Below are positions 1-10,686 of a stretch of 64,000 bases of DNA, piece by piece. The number at the start of each line of letters is the position of its first letter. The stretch's first letter is position 1. This DNA comes from Curvularia clavata (taxonomy: Eukaryota). The notes below the pieces were generated by a model. The model was given only the letters and a program-made list of their open reading frames with translations. It did no database searches and had not been told where the DNA came from. The stretch covers positions 3,410,001 to 3,474,000 of the forward strand of contig CP089274.1 of assembly GCA_023920165.1 (NCBI GenBank), written 5' to 3'. Position numbers and translations under genes: made by a program.

Positions 1-1687
1 AGACCCGGAAGGTTTATGCGCATTCCTTTTTCCTATGAGTGTAGACTCAATCTACGCTTACTCGTCATCCTACTGCACGATACACAAATCATTCTCATCC
101 TCATCATCCTCACTATAACCTACTCAAAGGGGTAGGGACCTTCATAAGCGTGACAAAGCAAAAATGATAAACCCCTCCCTTTGATCTAAGGACTTCATGT
201 AAGAGTACAAAGTTTACAGGAATCCAAATTATCATCCACTTAATCTAGTGGAACCTTACAAGCGGAATAAAAGCAAAATCAATGCATTACCCCTCTTTCC
301 TCGCAAATACCCCATACCAAGGCTCTTTCCTTATCTTTTACACCGAGCCACCCACATCCACCACAACCCCTTGAACCTCATCTAGGAATTCACCCTCATT
401 CTTTCCTTTCCCCAAGCCATCCGCGTCCACAGCAGCTCCCTACTGCAAAGACCCTATTCAAACTATCCCTTTCTCCTTTCTCCTTTCCCCACCCGCGTAG
501 ACAACACCCCTAACCACTCCCACATCCACACCACCCCCTAGGACCCCGCGTTGAAACTTTGTCCAGCTTTCTTTCCACACTGGCGTGGACTAAACATACA
601 CCTACCTCGCAACTACTCTACAACTACGACTAACTCTTCATCCTACTCCGATACGTATCTCGTGTAGGAAAAAATAACGCACACAACAGTCATTGTAAAT
701 CACCTTGCCCGATCTATCCTGTCCATATTGCCAGATGTCCGTGTCTGTTTGCAGATCTACCAGCGATGCTGCAGTGACGACTATGGTGTGATGTCATGCG
801 GGTCATATGACGCCAATAGCAGCCTAAATGATCACCAGTGTGGAAAAAAACATACTAGGAGCAGACTGATCTTCCTCGCCTTAGAAACCCACATGATATC
901 CCACGTAAGCCCCCCAAAAAAAACTTCTCGTCTGCGCAGCACTGGGTCTCCTCAAAGAATGGAAAAAAAATGTAAATGACTCACGAGAGAGTAAGAGCGG
1001 CGGGAAACCCCCCTTGGAGACAGAAGGGAGTAAACTCCGTGATGCCATCACAAGGTTTAAAAAAAAAGGACAAGAATCAGGCTTGCAAAGAATAGGCTTG
1101 TCATGCAATCACTGCGGTGTTGATTTCTCTACACACTATCCACTATGTATGTAGCATTTCAGAAGAAACGAAAGACAAAAAAAAGAGGTTTCCGTATGAT
1201 ATCATACCTGACGAATGAATGCTAAACACTACCACCTTTTCCCCTCCCCTCTTCCCCGCTGGTGATAGCTGGGTGGAAGATTATACGAACGCCATTCGCC
1301 CATGAAAGAAAATAACAGCGACAAAACGATACACGGCACTCCCCCCTCTTCCACATGTCTTACTTCTTAGCTGCCTTCCCCTGATACTCAATGTCGTACT
1401 GAAAAAAGCTATCCCATATACTGCTCTTCCTCGCATGTGGCTCCCCCCTTCTCTGACTGCTGCCCGCACTTGGACTTGCTAGTCCTGCCTCCGATTGACT
1501 ACCACCACCTCTCTGTTGCTTAACAGGCGATGTATTCATAGACCGGAGATTAGACAGGAGAGCTGGCATGGATGATTTCCGCGGAGACTGGTATTGAGAA
1601 ACAGATACCTATGTCGTTTGGTTAGCCCACAGTGTGTCCTGATATAAAAGGGCAGAGGGGGAGCCTAGATTTACAGGAAGCGCAAAA

Positions 1688-4600
1688 TCAAGGTCCCCAG
1701 AGTAGGTCGCGCACATTGCCTCCGTTTCCGTCGTCTGCGGTTTTGTCTACTTCTGTTCCGTTGGTGTGGGATTCGCGCAGGTGACTGGGTCCATGGGCCC
1801 CAGCTGGGCTTCCGCCTCGTGTCGCGGCGGCGGAGTTGGGATGGGAATCCGGGCGTTCGCCTGGGGAGAGTGCTTCAGCGGAGTTGTTCTTGCCGGCCAA
1901 AGGCGCACTCTTCTTACTAGTGCCACTGCTGCGACGACTGTCAAGTGATTTACCGAGTTGCGTGGCTGGATCCATTGATGCCTTCTTCTTTGACTTTTGC
2001 ATCTCGCCTTGTCCGGTTTCGAGACTGCTCTTGACTGTCACAGCGCCTTTGATGCCCGGTGTACCGGGTGCCATGGCTTTTTCTTCGGTAGCTTCTAGCA
2101 AATACCAGCGTAGTCCATCCGAGAGCTCAAAAGGATTGTCGTCCTCGAACGACACCGCATTACTCGAAGCAACAGAGCGATCGTCTAATGACGCCCGAGG
2201 TGCACCATCTAGCGTTTTGGAGAGGTCAACGACACGCTCTTCAACCTTGGAGATGCGTGCCACAAGCCACTCTTTCCCTCCCAACCTATGAGTGTCTTGC
2301 TCACGAAGGAAATAATGTGGTGCTCCAACGTTAAAGGCAGCCCAAGGACGATGCGCGTTGTTTCGAGTTGGTAGGAAGAGCGCGAGATCACCCTCTTTGA
2401 ACGACCGATACGCAATCTTGTCGTGCGAGTCGGCCTGGAATCGGTGTGCTTTGTCGCGGTAGGCTCGGGCTTCCTTTTGCCATTTTCGTGCGGTATGCTC
2501 CATATCACGCATGCGCTTTGCTACAGCATCGCTGAATGTTTCAATGTTGAAAAGGTTCAGCTTGGAAACCAACTCCTGGTAGCGCTTGTCTTCCTCCTCT
2601 GGGCTTGTCGCTTCTGTCCATTGCAGGAAATGTAAATCGCCTATATCCTCGAGGAAGCGCTTCAGAGGAGTGGGCGAGGGTGTGGTTGTACTTCGGCTCA
2701 TGCCCGCAGTGGTGTCGGCCATAACAGTGCTGTTGCCAAGCTTGGACGCCCTTTGGAGGATCATCTCGCCGTTCTCATGTGTAATGGCGAATCCCAGTGT
2801 CTCCAGCAGACGAATGAGGCGCTCATGCTGTGTGTACAGGCGCTGACTGAGATCCTTTGCGCGGGTCATTCGTTGATGAGTGCGCGACGAATCCACCTCT
2901 TCCAACTTGCGCAACTTCTTCTCGGCACGCATCAGCTCGACATCAAGGCTGTTGGCATGGGAGTTCTTCTCAGCCAGCTCTGTTTGGAGGCGACCGACTT
3001 TGGCTTCTTCCTCTTCGACTCGCTTCCGCAGAGCTTCAGAGCCAGTTTCGCCCTCGGCAAACTTGGAACGAAGATCGTGCAGATGGCCCCTCTCCTCCTC
3101 GAGCTGTGCGGTAATCGAAGCCACCTTTGCCTTTTCTGCGTCATGCTCCTCTCGGGTCAACGCGATTTCCTTCTCGTGCTCAGCCACTTTGGTGTTGAAC
3201 TTGTTCTCTTGCTCCTCGAGCCTGGCATGGGCATTCTCGTTATCCGATTTCGCTACTGCGACAGCTTGTTCGAGTTCTTTCTGATAATTCAGTGACCGCA
3301 TAGCCAGATCCTCAAGCTGTGCAATAAGCGCAGAATGATCATCAGGGACGTTTGCGCCAGGCGAGAGGTGGCTGAAAGCAGCAGCCAGGGAGTCATGTTC
3401 TTGTGTCTTGACAGCTTTGAGTTTGGCAACTTCGGCTTGGAGTGCTTGAGTCTCCTCATTTATGCGAGTCTTCTGCTCGGCAGCTTCTTTGCGTGCTTGC
3501 TCTAGTTCAGCAACGAGTTCTTGTACTCTGGCGTCGATACCAGTTCGCTCATTGTCGCGACTGCCCAGAACGCGATCCAACTCGTCTTCAGCCTCCTCAA
3601 TCCTAGCTTTGTAGGCTCGAATCTCATCTTCTAACGACTTTCGCTCATCGGTAAACTCTTTCTGCTGTGCTCGCATGTTCTCCATGATATTATTCTTAGT
3701 AGACATGGCCTCCTCGAATCGACGTTGTTGATCTGCGTCGTCGTCCCTCCGTGATTGGGCTTCGCTTTCGAGTTTCGCACGAGCCTCCTTTTCTGCGGCG
3801 AGCTCTTGTTCAAGGCGAAGGATGCGACGCTTGTCTTCTTGCCCTGTGTTCGTGGAGAGCCGCCTGGACGAGATAGAAGAGCGTCTGGAGTTCTCCTCCA
3901 TAGGTCTCGGTGAGGCTACGCGCGCTGTAGGTGTTGAAGGTTCACCTAGGTCAGGGAGACCGAATGACGGAGGTGCGCCACCTATAGAGAGCCTGCTCAC
4001 AGTGTTTTGACGATGCACGAGATCCTCTAGTCGGCGGACACGGCTCTTGTAGCCCCTCAGCTCCTCCTCCAGCTTTGCGTTGCCTTCTTTCAAAATGCGC
4101 AGCTCATCATCGCCCCTCACCAGAAGATGGGAGCCTCTGCCGAAAGCTGGCTCATGCACACTACCCATTTTGAAGTTCTTTGCGCGCTTGATCTGTTGCT
4201 TCGTGGGACGGTCCAGATCTTTGATGGCCTGTGAGAATGCTTCGGCTTCGGATTGCTGGCCTTCCAGTCTTTGTAGATCTTTGAGGTATTCTCGCAGCTC
4301 TTCTCGTGTGACTGTAGGCCAAACTGTCTTCTCGGGCTGCACAGTCATTTCAAACCCTAGTGTACCGCCTTGCACAGCTTCTAGGTTCACAACATCAGCA
4401 ATCGGTTTTAGCCACCTCTTGCGCCGCCGCTCTTCTTCTTCCTGGAAGGTTGCCATCTCTTCAGCAAGTGATGACGTATCCCTTTCCATCCTCTCCATCC
4501 ACTCTCGCCGCCGGACAGCTTCGACGAGTAACGTGCCGTACACGTACGGTAGGCGACCGACGAGAGAGATGAGCTCAAAGGCCGCAACGCCATCCTGCGG

Positions 4601-5810
4601 GATGCTGATTTGCTCAAGATCTGCGCCCATACTTGCTATGAGAGATTCAATGGTCGCGATAGCCTGCATGCCTTCGACCGAGTTTCTGATGGCCATGTTC
4701 TTTTGCTCAACAGCTCGTCGTACGAGATCGCTCATTTCTATACTGTATTCTTGTATGGCTGGCAGGAAATTTCGAGTATGCAACAAGGCCATCTTAGAGA
4801 CCTGCGCCACTGATTTGGAGCTTGCCTCGAGGCCCATGACATGCTCATAGTCTGATTCGACCTTCTTTGCTACTGCGTCGATTTCGTTGTACAGCCGAGT
4901 CGGCTCTTCGGTGTCGTCCACGACGGACCGGCTCTGGCTCTGACCAACGGCTTTGAGCAACTCGTTGTAGTCTGCACCAATCTTCTCTAGCTGCATATGC
5001 ATTCTTTCCATGCGCTTGCCGAAAGACTCGCGGACGCGCTGACTAGTGGCCGTGGCCATCTTGACCGCCTCGACATCGAGAAAGTCTTGGAGCGTCTCAC
5101 GAACAATCACATTGTTGGGTATATTCTTTGCAGATCGCATCTCCCTGGCCAGGAAACGCTTGAAGTTGAGGATGGCCGAAACTGTTCCTAGTTGTGCAAA
5201 ATCCCTGTCCAGCCTGCTGAGGTTGTCTCCGGCCTCCTTCTCTACACCGTCATACCACTCCTTGGCTGCTTTGTATTTTTGCTCCAACCCCTTGATATGC
5301 GCATCGTGATTTCCAACTGCGACTTGTGTACCCCTCTCGATGGTGGCCTGCTCGGCAAAGTGCTTCGAGGCTACACGCGACATGGAGTGCGACTTCTCAA
5401 GAAGACCAAACGCCCAGTCGCGCCGGGCCTGGAAGAGGGCCTGCCATGCTCCAAGATCTGTATTGTTTGCGAGATGGTTCGGTGCATCTTCAGGGGCGAA
5501 GGGATCGGGCAGTGGCGTAGACGATATGGCAGCCTGGGGATTGTTGGAGAGCTCGCGACTAAACACGAATATCTCCTTCTACAAATGCTCGTATTAGTAG
5601 GGACATGGTACTGAGACAGGATTGGTTTACCTCAGTCAACAGCGCTTGCAGCTTTACATGCTTCCCCTGAGTTGTGAGTAGGACTTGTTGCTCGGGCGGT
5701 ATCTCTGTAGTCCGCGAAATCCAATGCTTGAGCGCATCGACAGAGGTAAAGGCGACGGGATCAGCGTCGAGGCGCTGGCCCGTATGAGCTACAGCAATCT
5801 GTAGCGACAT
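1688..5810 (-). CDS. ATG11: Autophagy-related protein 11 (selective autophagy scaffold); exons 5810-5631 and 5578-1688
   Basis: N-terminal MSLQIAVAHTGQRL exon joins in frame through a GT-AG intron (5630-5579) to a 1292-aa coiled-coil ORF. The C-terminus has the Atg11 motif KIAYRSFKEGDLALFLPTR...WAAFNVGAPHYFL...NPFELSDGLRWY. Confidence 0.93.
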
Positions 5811-6045
5811 GCAGGCTTGCCCTTCTGCGTGTTGGAGTTCTTGTCAGGGCAGCACCAGAGGCGATTCGGGGAGTCGAGTGTGGGAGCGTGAGCACATGGG
5901 GACCAAATACCGCCAAGCATGGTTCACGCAGGGATCGGCGCATGGGCCCCACGATGCCGCATCATAGTGAAGGAGATGCTACGGTCAGATGAACAAGGTC
6001 TCAACCGCAAACTTGGAAGCAACTCGGAGGTAGACAGCGGTCAGT

Positions 6046-6908
6046 ATGGCGACACGGGACGATGTCGACATGACCGACGTGGCTGCCAAAGCACCAGAGG
6101 CACACGACGAGGCCGATCTGTTGCAAACGACTTACAGCGACGCGTTCGCGTTCTCCGATGGCGAACGGCTAGCCCTGCAGCTCTACGACCAGCTCAAGGA
6201 ACTGGAGCTGCAGCAGAGCCTCCTCCAGGCGCAGCAATCAGGCATGTTTTACACGTCAGATGGGGTTAAGCAGAGCGGGGAATAACGGAATGTGTAGCAC
6301 AAGCGCATGACTTTTCAGCGCTCCCAGATGACTTGGTGGAGGAGCGCCTGACCATAGCGCAGCGCGAGGCTATGGAGGCGAAGGCAGAGTACGAAATCAG
6401 GAACCGCATCACGCACAACGTGCTGGTCATGGATCCCGTGCTCAAGGCAGTTCATGGCGGCGAGCAAGCTCGATTTACGGAAAAGTTGGTCTCACACAGG
6501 CTTGCTTAGCTTGTTTGTCTAATGCTCTACAGGCGCCTGCTCCCACTCATGACGGAGAACAACACGGTTGCGATGATGCACGGCGCTCAAACAGCCAAAC
6601 TTGCTTCTATCACACGTGCTCTAAGTGAAGCAGAGCAAAGCAACATTGTCGCAAACCGAAAAAATCGGGAGCTTGCGCGGACGATGCTTGCTTTGGCTGA
6701 AGAAATGAAAGCGCAATCAGCCCAGGATATCGAAGATGCGCAGCTGCGCAGTCAGGTTGAGGCTGTAGAGAAACAGCTCAAGGAGTCAAGACGCAGGGTG
6801 AAGACACTAAGGGGTGTGTTGTCAGGCATGATTGTCGGAAGCGGGATCAACTGGGCGGCAGACGAGGGCTTGACGGAGCTTGTCATGGATGACGAAGAGG
6901 ATGGTTGA
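6046..6908 (+). CDS. CENP-H-like kinetochore protein (Mcm16/Fta3-like); exons 6046-6241, 6298-6484, 6533-6908
   Basis: Three exons join in frame, the first intron being GC-AG. Coiled-coil protein ending in SGMIVGSGINWAADEGLTELVM, typical of the CENP-H C-terminus. Confidence 0.75.
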
Positions 6909-7975
6909 CTTTGTCTTGGATAGGTAGATGATGATGATGATGATGCATTGGGCGGCTGTTACGATTAGAGGGTGGAGGGGGAAACGTGGTGGCTACCTGA
7001 GTTGGAGCTGAGCTGGCGATCTGCGCGTTTCAAAAACTCTGGTGTATTCACAAAAGAACAGTTGGGTGCTGCGAACACGTCACTGTGTAGCGTTGGTATC
7101 ATGTTGCGATGAGAGTGGGTGGGTGGTGCACGGCGGTTTGCTAATGTTTGTTGACCGAGGACGTCATGCCTGTTGCTGGAGCAATAGCCCTGTGGTTGAA
7201 TGTCGGGGGGCTGTCGCTCCAATCCATGGCCGAGTCCGGACGGGGCGCGTTGGGGCGCGCTATGCCGAACTTCTGACGGGCCGGCCTAGGTGTGGCGTGC
7301 CTGCATGGCTGGCTACCTCTGGGCGCCACCACAAACAAGTCGTAGTAGCAGTGTAGAGGGCGTGAGCCGCGCTCCCTTGGATAAATAAGACAGCGCGCTT
7401 GCTTTGTCTTTGTTTCAAAGAGGAAGACGGGAGGTGCTTGGCAGACGCGGCTCAGGGCCATGTGGACGTGTTCACAGCCCAAGTGAAGTGGGTGTGTGTC
7501 TGTGAGTGTGTGTATGTGCGCGCGTGTGGGTGGGTGTGGCCGAGAGCGGGCGCATAGGTTGGCTGGGCCCATCACCATGGGCAGCCTAGCCGTCAAACCT
7601 CAGCAAGGCGCATTCAAACTGCGGGGTCGGGCACATGAGGCAGGGTAGCCAGCAGCTTGTGTAGCGAGCGTTTGGTGAGAAGCGAAGCATGGAGCATGGA
7701 GCCCGGCTCTCAGGCTCTCGTCCGTTGGCAGGCAAGGTACGCGACTGGATGGCGGCATGTGTGGTGGTCGGGGAGGAACATCAGCCCGCCGCGCTATGGA
7801 AAGATAACGTCAACCAGGGCCGGTTCGCATGCGTCCAACGAATGGCAGACCATGTTCTTCTGCGTGCAATCTAACCAAACTTGAAACCGGCCAGGAGAGG
7901 GCGAGCGATGCGCATTTGCGTCCGTGTTGGTGCTGCTTGTCTGGTCTGGTGTGAGGGCGCCGGCGAGGCAGACAC

Positions 7976-8013
7976 GTACTGTATTGTACTGTACTGACTG
8001 TACTGTTCTGTAC
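7976..8013. repeat. Degenerate (GTACT)n pentanucleotide microsatellite
   Basis: gtactgtattgtactgtactgactgtactgttctgtact read directly. Confidence 0.7.
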
Positions 8014-8903
8014 TCTAGACTGTGCTGTCGCGGATGCCGTTGACGGACGGGAGACAATGGACGACTTGATTTGTTTTGGCAGTGCAACCCCGGCGTCCGG
8101 GCTCTGTCGTGGTGCGGTGCGGTGAGTTGCGCAGCCAGCTTCCGCAGAGAAAGGAGGGGTGGTGGTCCGGGTGCGTGTGCTATGCCACGGCCGCAAAACA
8201 AGCGTGCTTACCTAAGGCGTCGCGCTGCCAGGCCGCCCTGTGAGGGTCCTTTGCGGTCCTCGCTGTTTTCGCTGCGTGCTCACCAAAACCTCTCAGTGTA
8301 GACTGCCCATACAATCTCGCGCCTGCGAAACCTTTGGTGAGTCGTCCCCGCCTGCAAATGACGAAGTCGCTTCATCACCAGCACCACTTTTCGCAACCAC
8401 ACCCTTTTTGCACGCGTTTTCCCGGCTCATTTCCCCCAACTACTCCTCTCCCAGCCTTCTTTCTCAATTCTTGCGACTGTCGTCGCTTTCGATTGATTCT
8501 TCGTCGCCGTCACCACCGCGCTCATCCTCGGCCCATCCCATACTGACCGCAAAACAGACCTTTATCAACCCCTTCGATTTTGCTGAATCCCGCTACTTTG
8601 GTGAGTACTCGCTCCTTCTCTCTTCGTAAAATCGCGCATCATCGCGTCGTGCCGTGGTGTTTTGCGACCGCGTCACTCCACGCGCTGCCCAAAGAACCGC
8701 TGCACCCACCACCACTACCCGCGCATTCACCACTACCCAAGATCCCTTTGCCTGCAACCCTGCTAGCGCTGGCCTTTGCCTATATTGCTGGCCTGCCCAC
8801 CACTTACCGCACCTTTCTCCTTTACTTTCTCTCCAAAAATCCCTCTCCCTACTCAACCACCATAGCTCTAATACTCAACAACAGCACATCAACCACCACC
8901 ACC

Positions 8904-9387
8904 ATGCCCAAGGAAAAGACCACCCGCAAGGCTGCCCCCAAGGCCAAGAACGACAGCGGCAAGAAGAAGAAGGGTAAGTTTGCTCACGTGCATTTGCCTA
9001 CTGCTCATTTGCTAACCACTGCAGACCCCAACGCCCCCAAGCGTGGTCTTTCCGCATACATGTTCTTCGCCAACGAGCAGCGCGAGAAGGTCCGCGAGGA
9101 CAACCCCGGCATCAAGTTCGGTAAGTTGAGCACTGTGAGCCCTCTTTTAGTGTGTTTCTAATCTTCTCTCAGGCGAGGTTGGCAAGCTTCTCGGTGAGAA
9201 GTGGAAGGCGCTCAACGAGAAGCAGCGCCAGCCATATGAGGCCAAGGCTGCTCAGGACAAGAAGCGCTACGAGCAAGAGAAGGCCGCTTACCAGGTATGC
9301 TCCATTCTCTGCAAAAGAATCCCCAACCCCTTGACATTCTGCTAACAAACCTAGGCTGCCGACGATGAAGAGGAAGAGTCCGAGTAA
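8904..9387 (+). CDS. NHP6: Non-histone HMG-box protein 6; exons 8904-8973, 9025-9120, 9173-9294, 9355-9387
   Basis: Spliced product [96 protein letters not shown]... is a classic Nhp6 HMG box. All introns are GT-AG with CTAAY branch sites. Confidence 0.96.
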
Positions 9388-10143
9388 AGGAAGCCACTTA
9401 CCAGTGTCTTCTATTACCCTCCAACGGCAACCATGTTGACATCCTGTCGTGCGAGGCCTGGGCCTGACTCTCCCACTCTCTCTCAATTTCTTATGTGATC
9501 TTCCTAGTTTTAATGGGTTCGTAGCTTCCTCGGAGGAATATCTTCGGCTAGCAATTCTGTGGTTCATTGCGATAAGGATAAGTCACAGTTAGTCTCATTT
9601 CAGCGCTGGTGGCTATCGGTCATGATGTTTGGGGCGTCTCATCTTACTTTTGACGCTGTGAAAAGGAGAAACATCACGAAGCTCATGACCAAAGTCTATG
9701 TGTACACTAGTCAAAACTGCGGTATGGAGAATATTTTGCTGCTTAGCTCGTCATGTACTTTTGCGAGTGTCGAGTGATAGACGTGGAGTAGGGGGTGCAC
9801 AGCGTAGCACTGCTCACACTCGCGGTAACTGACATCCCAGCTACGCCTCCCCTAAATGCGTGATGCTGTAGGTGAAGCATAGCATCAGGGCCTTGACAAC
9901 ATGACAGACCCTTTTCCACATATTCACAAGCATAACCCCTTAATCCTGTCATCTTCTGAACTCATTGACCCGACTCCACACCGCTGAACCGGGTACCAGC
10001 ATCTCTCACTCGCGCCTTCCCCGTACAAAGCCACCCCGACCAAACCACTCTTTCTCTCTCTAAACATCCAACTGTATTATACCCCCATCTACATGGCATT
10101 TCTAATTCTCCTTTTCCCCAACAAATCAAAGAAGCATCTTGTA

Positions 10144-10288
10144 GCGTCGTTGGGCTAGTGGCTATGCTATCGCCTTCCCAGCAAATACTGCAAAGAAAGG
10201 CGGGGATCACGGGTGTAAGTGAATGAATAAAACTAGAGAGTTCGAAGACGAGTGCTAACAGATATAAAGTCGAACCCCGTACGGCGCA
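10144..10288 (+). tRNA. tRNA-Gly (anticodon CCC) with a canonical tRNA intron (10181-10197) and a spliceosomal-type intron (10215-10269); exons 10144-10180, 10198-10214, 10270-10288
   Basis: Acceptor stem GCGTCGT/ACGGCGC with discriminator A; D arm GGCT-AGTGGCTA-TGCT; anticodon stem TCGCC/GGCGG with loop TT-CCC-A|A; variable loop GGATC; T stem ACGGG/CCCGT with loop T|TCGAAC. Spliced length is 73 nt, and a T-run lies just downstream. Confidence 0.9.
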
Positions 10289-10296
10289 GTACTTTC

Positions 10297-10302
10297 TTTT
10301 TT
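10297..10302 (+). terminator. RNA polymerase III oligo-T terminator of the tRNA-Gly gene
   Basis: TTTCTTTTTT immediately 3' of the tRNA, with T6 at 10297-10302. Confidence 0.75.
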
Positions 10303-10686
10303 GTGGATATTCTTGCTGGATTGGGGTTGGGGTTGTCTGGGAAGGCGGGGAGGCGGGGTGAGGGCGGAAAGTGGTTGCTCTTATTGAGTATGATGTCACG
10401 AGTAGAATGCGATGGAAGGTGCATCCGTTCTCTATGTGATATTTGTATTCAAGACTTGTAACTTTTTTTCGATAGACGGGCGGTGCAGTGGTAAGCATGT
10501 TTTGATTCATGTACATGCCTCAGGATATCTTTCGAATTCTAGATTCGTCATCTCTCAAGCACAATGCAACAAACATACTTGGGAAGCGGAGCAGCAGGCC
10601 TGGGCCTAATGCAGTTCATGATCGTATGATCAATTCCAACATGTATACCACGTCCACACCTTTTTTTTGTTGCCAACTCACTCACG

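Noticed and set aside
8355..8550. Possible C/D snoRNA in the NHP6 5'-UTR intron (ATGACGA ... CTGA)
   Set aside because: Imperfect C box, the CTGA coincides with the branch site, and there is no terminal stem or recognisable rRNA guide.
10259..10261. CAG as the 3' splice site of the tRNA T-loop intron
   Set aside because: It overlaps the branch motif (too close) and would leave 8 extra nt in the T-loop. Only the AG at 10268-10269 restores TTCGAAC.
9962..10516. 184-aa minus-strand ORF and other short ORFs over the NHP6-SEC11 gap
   Set aside because: No recognisable protein features. They overlap the tRNA gene, which explains the sequence better.
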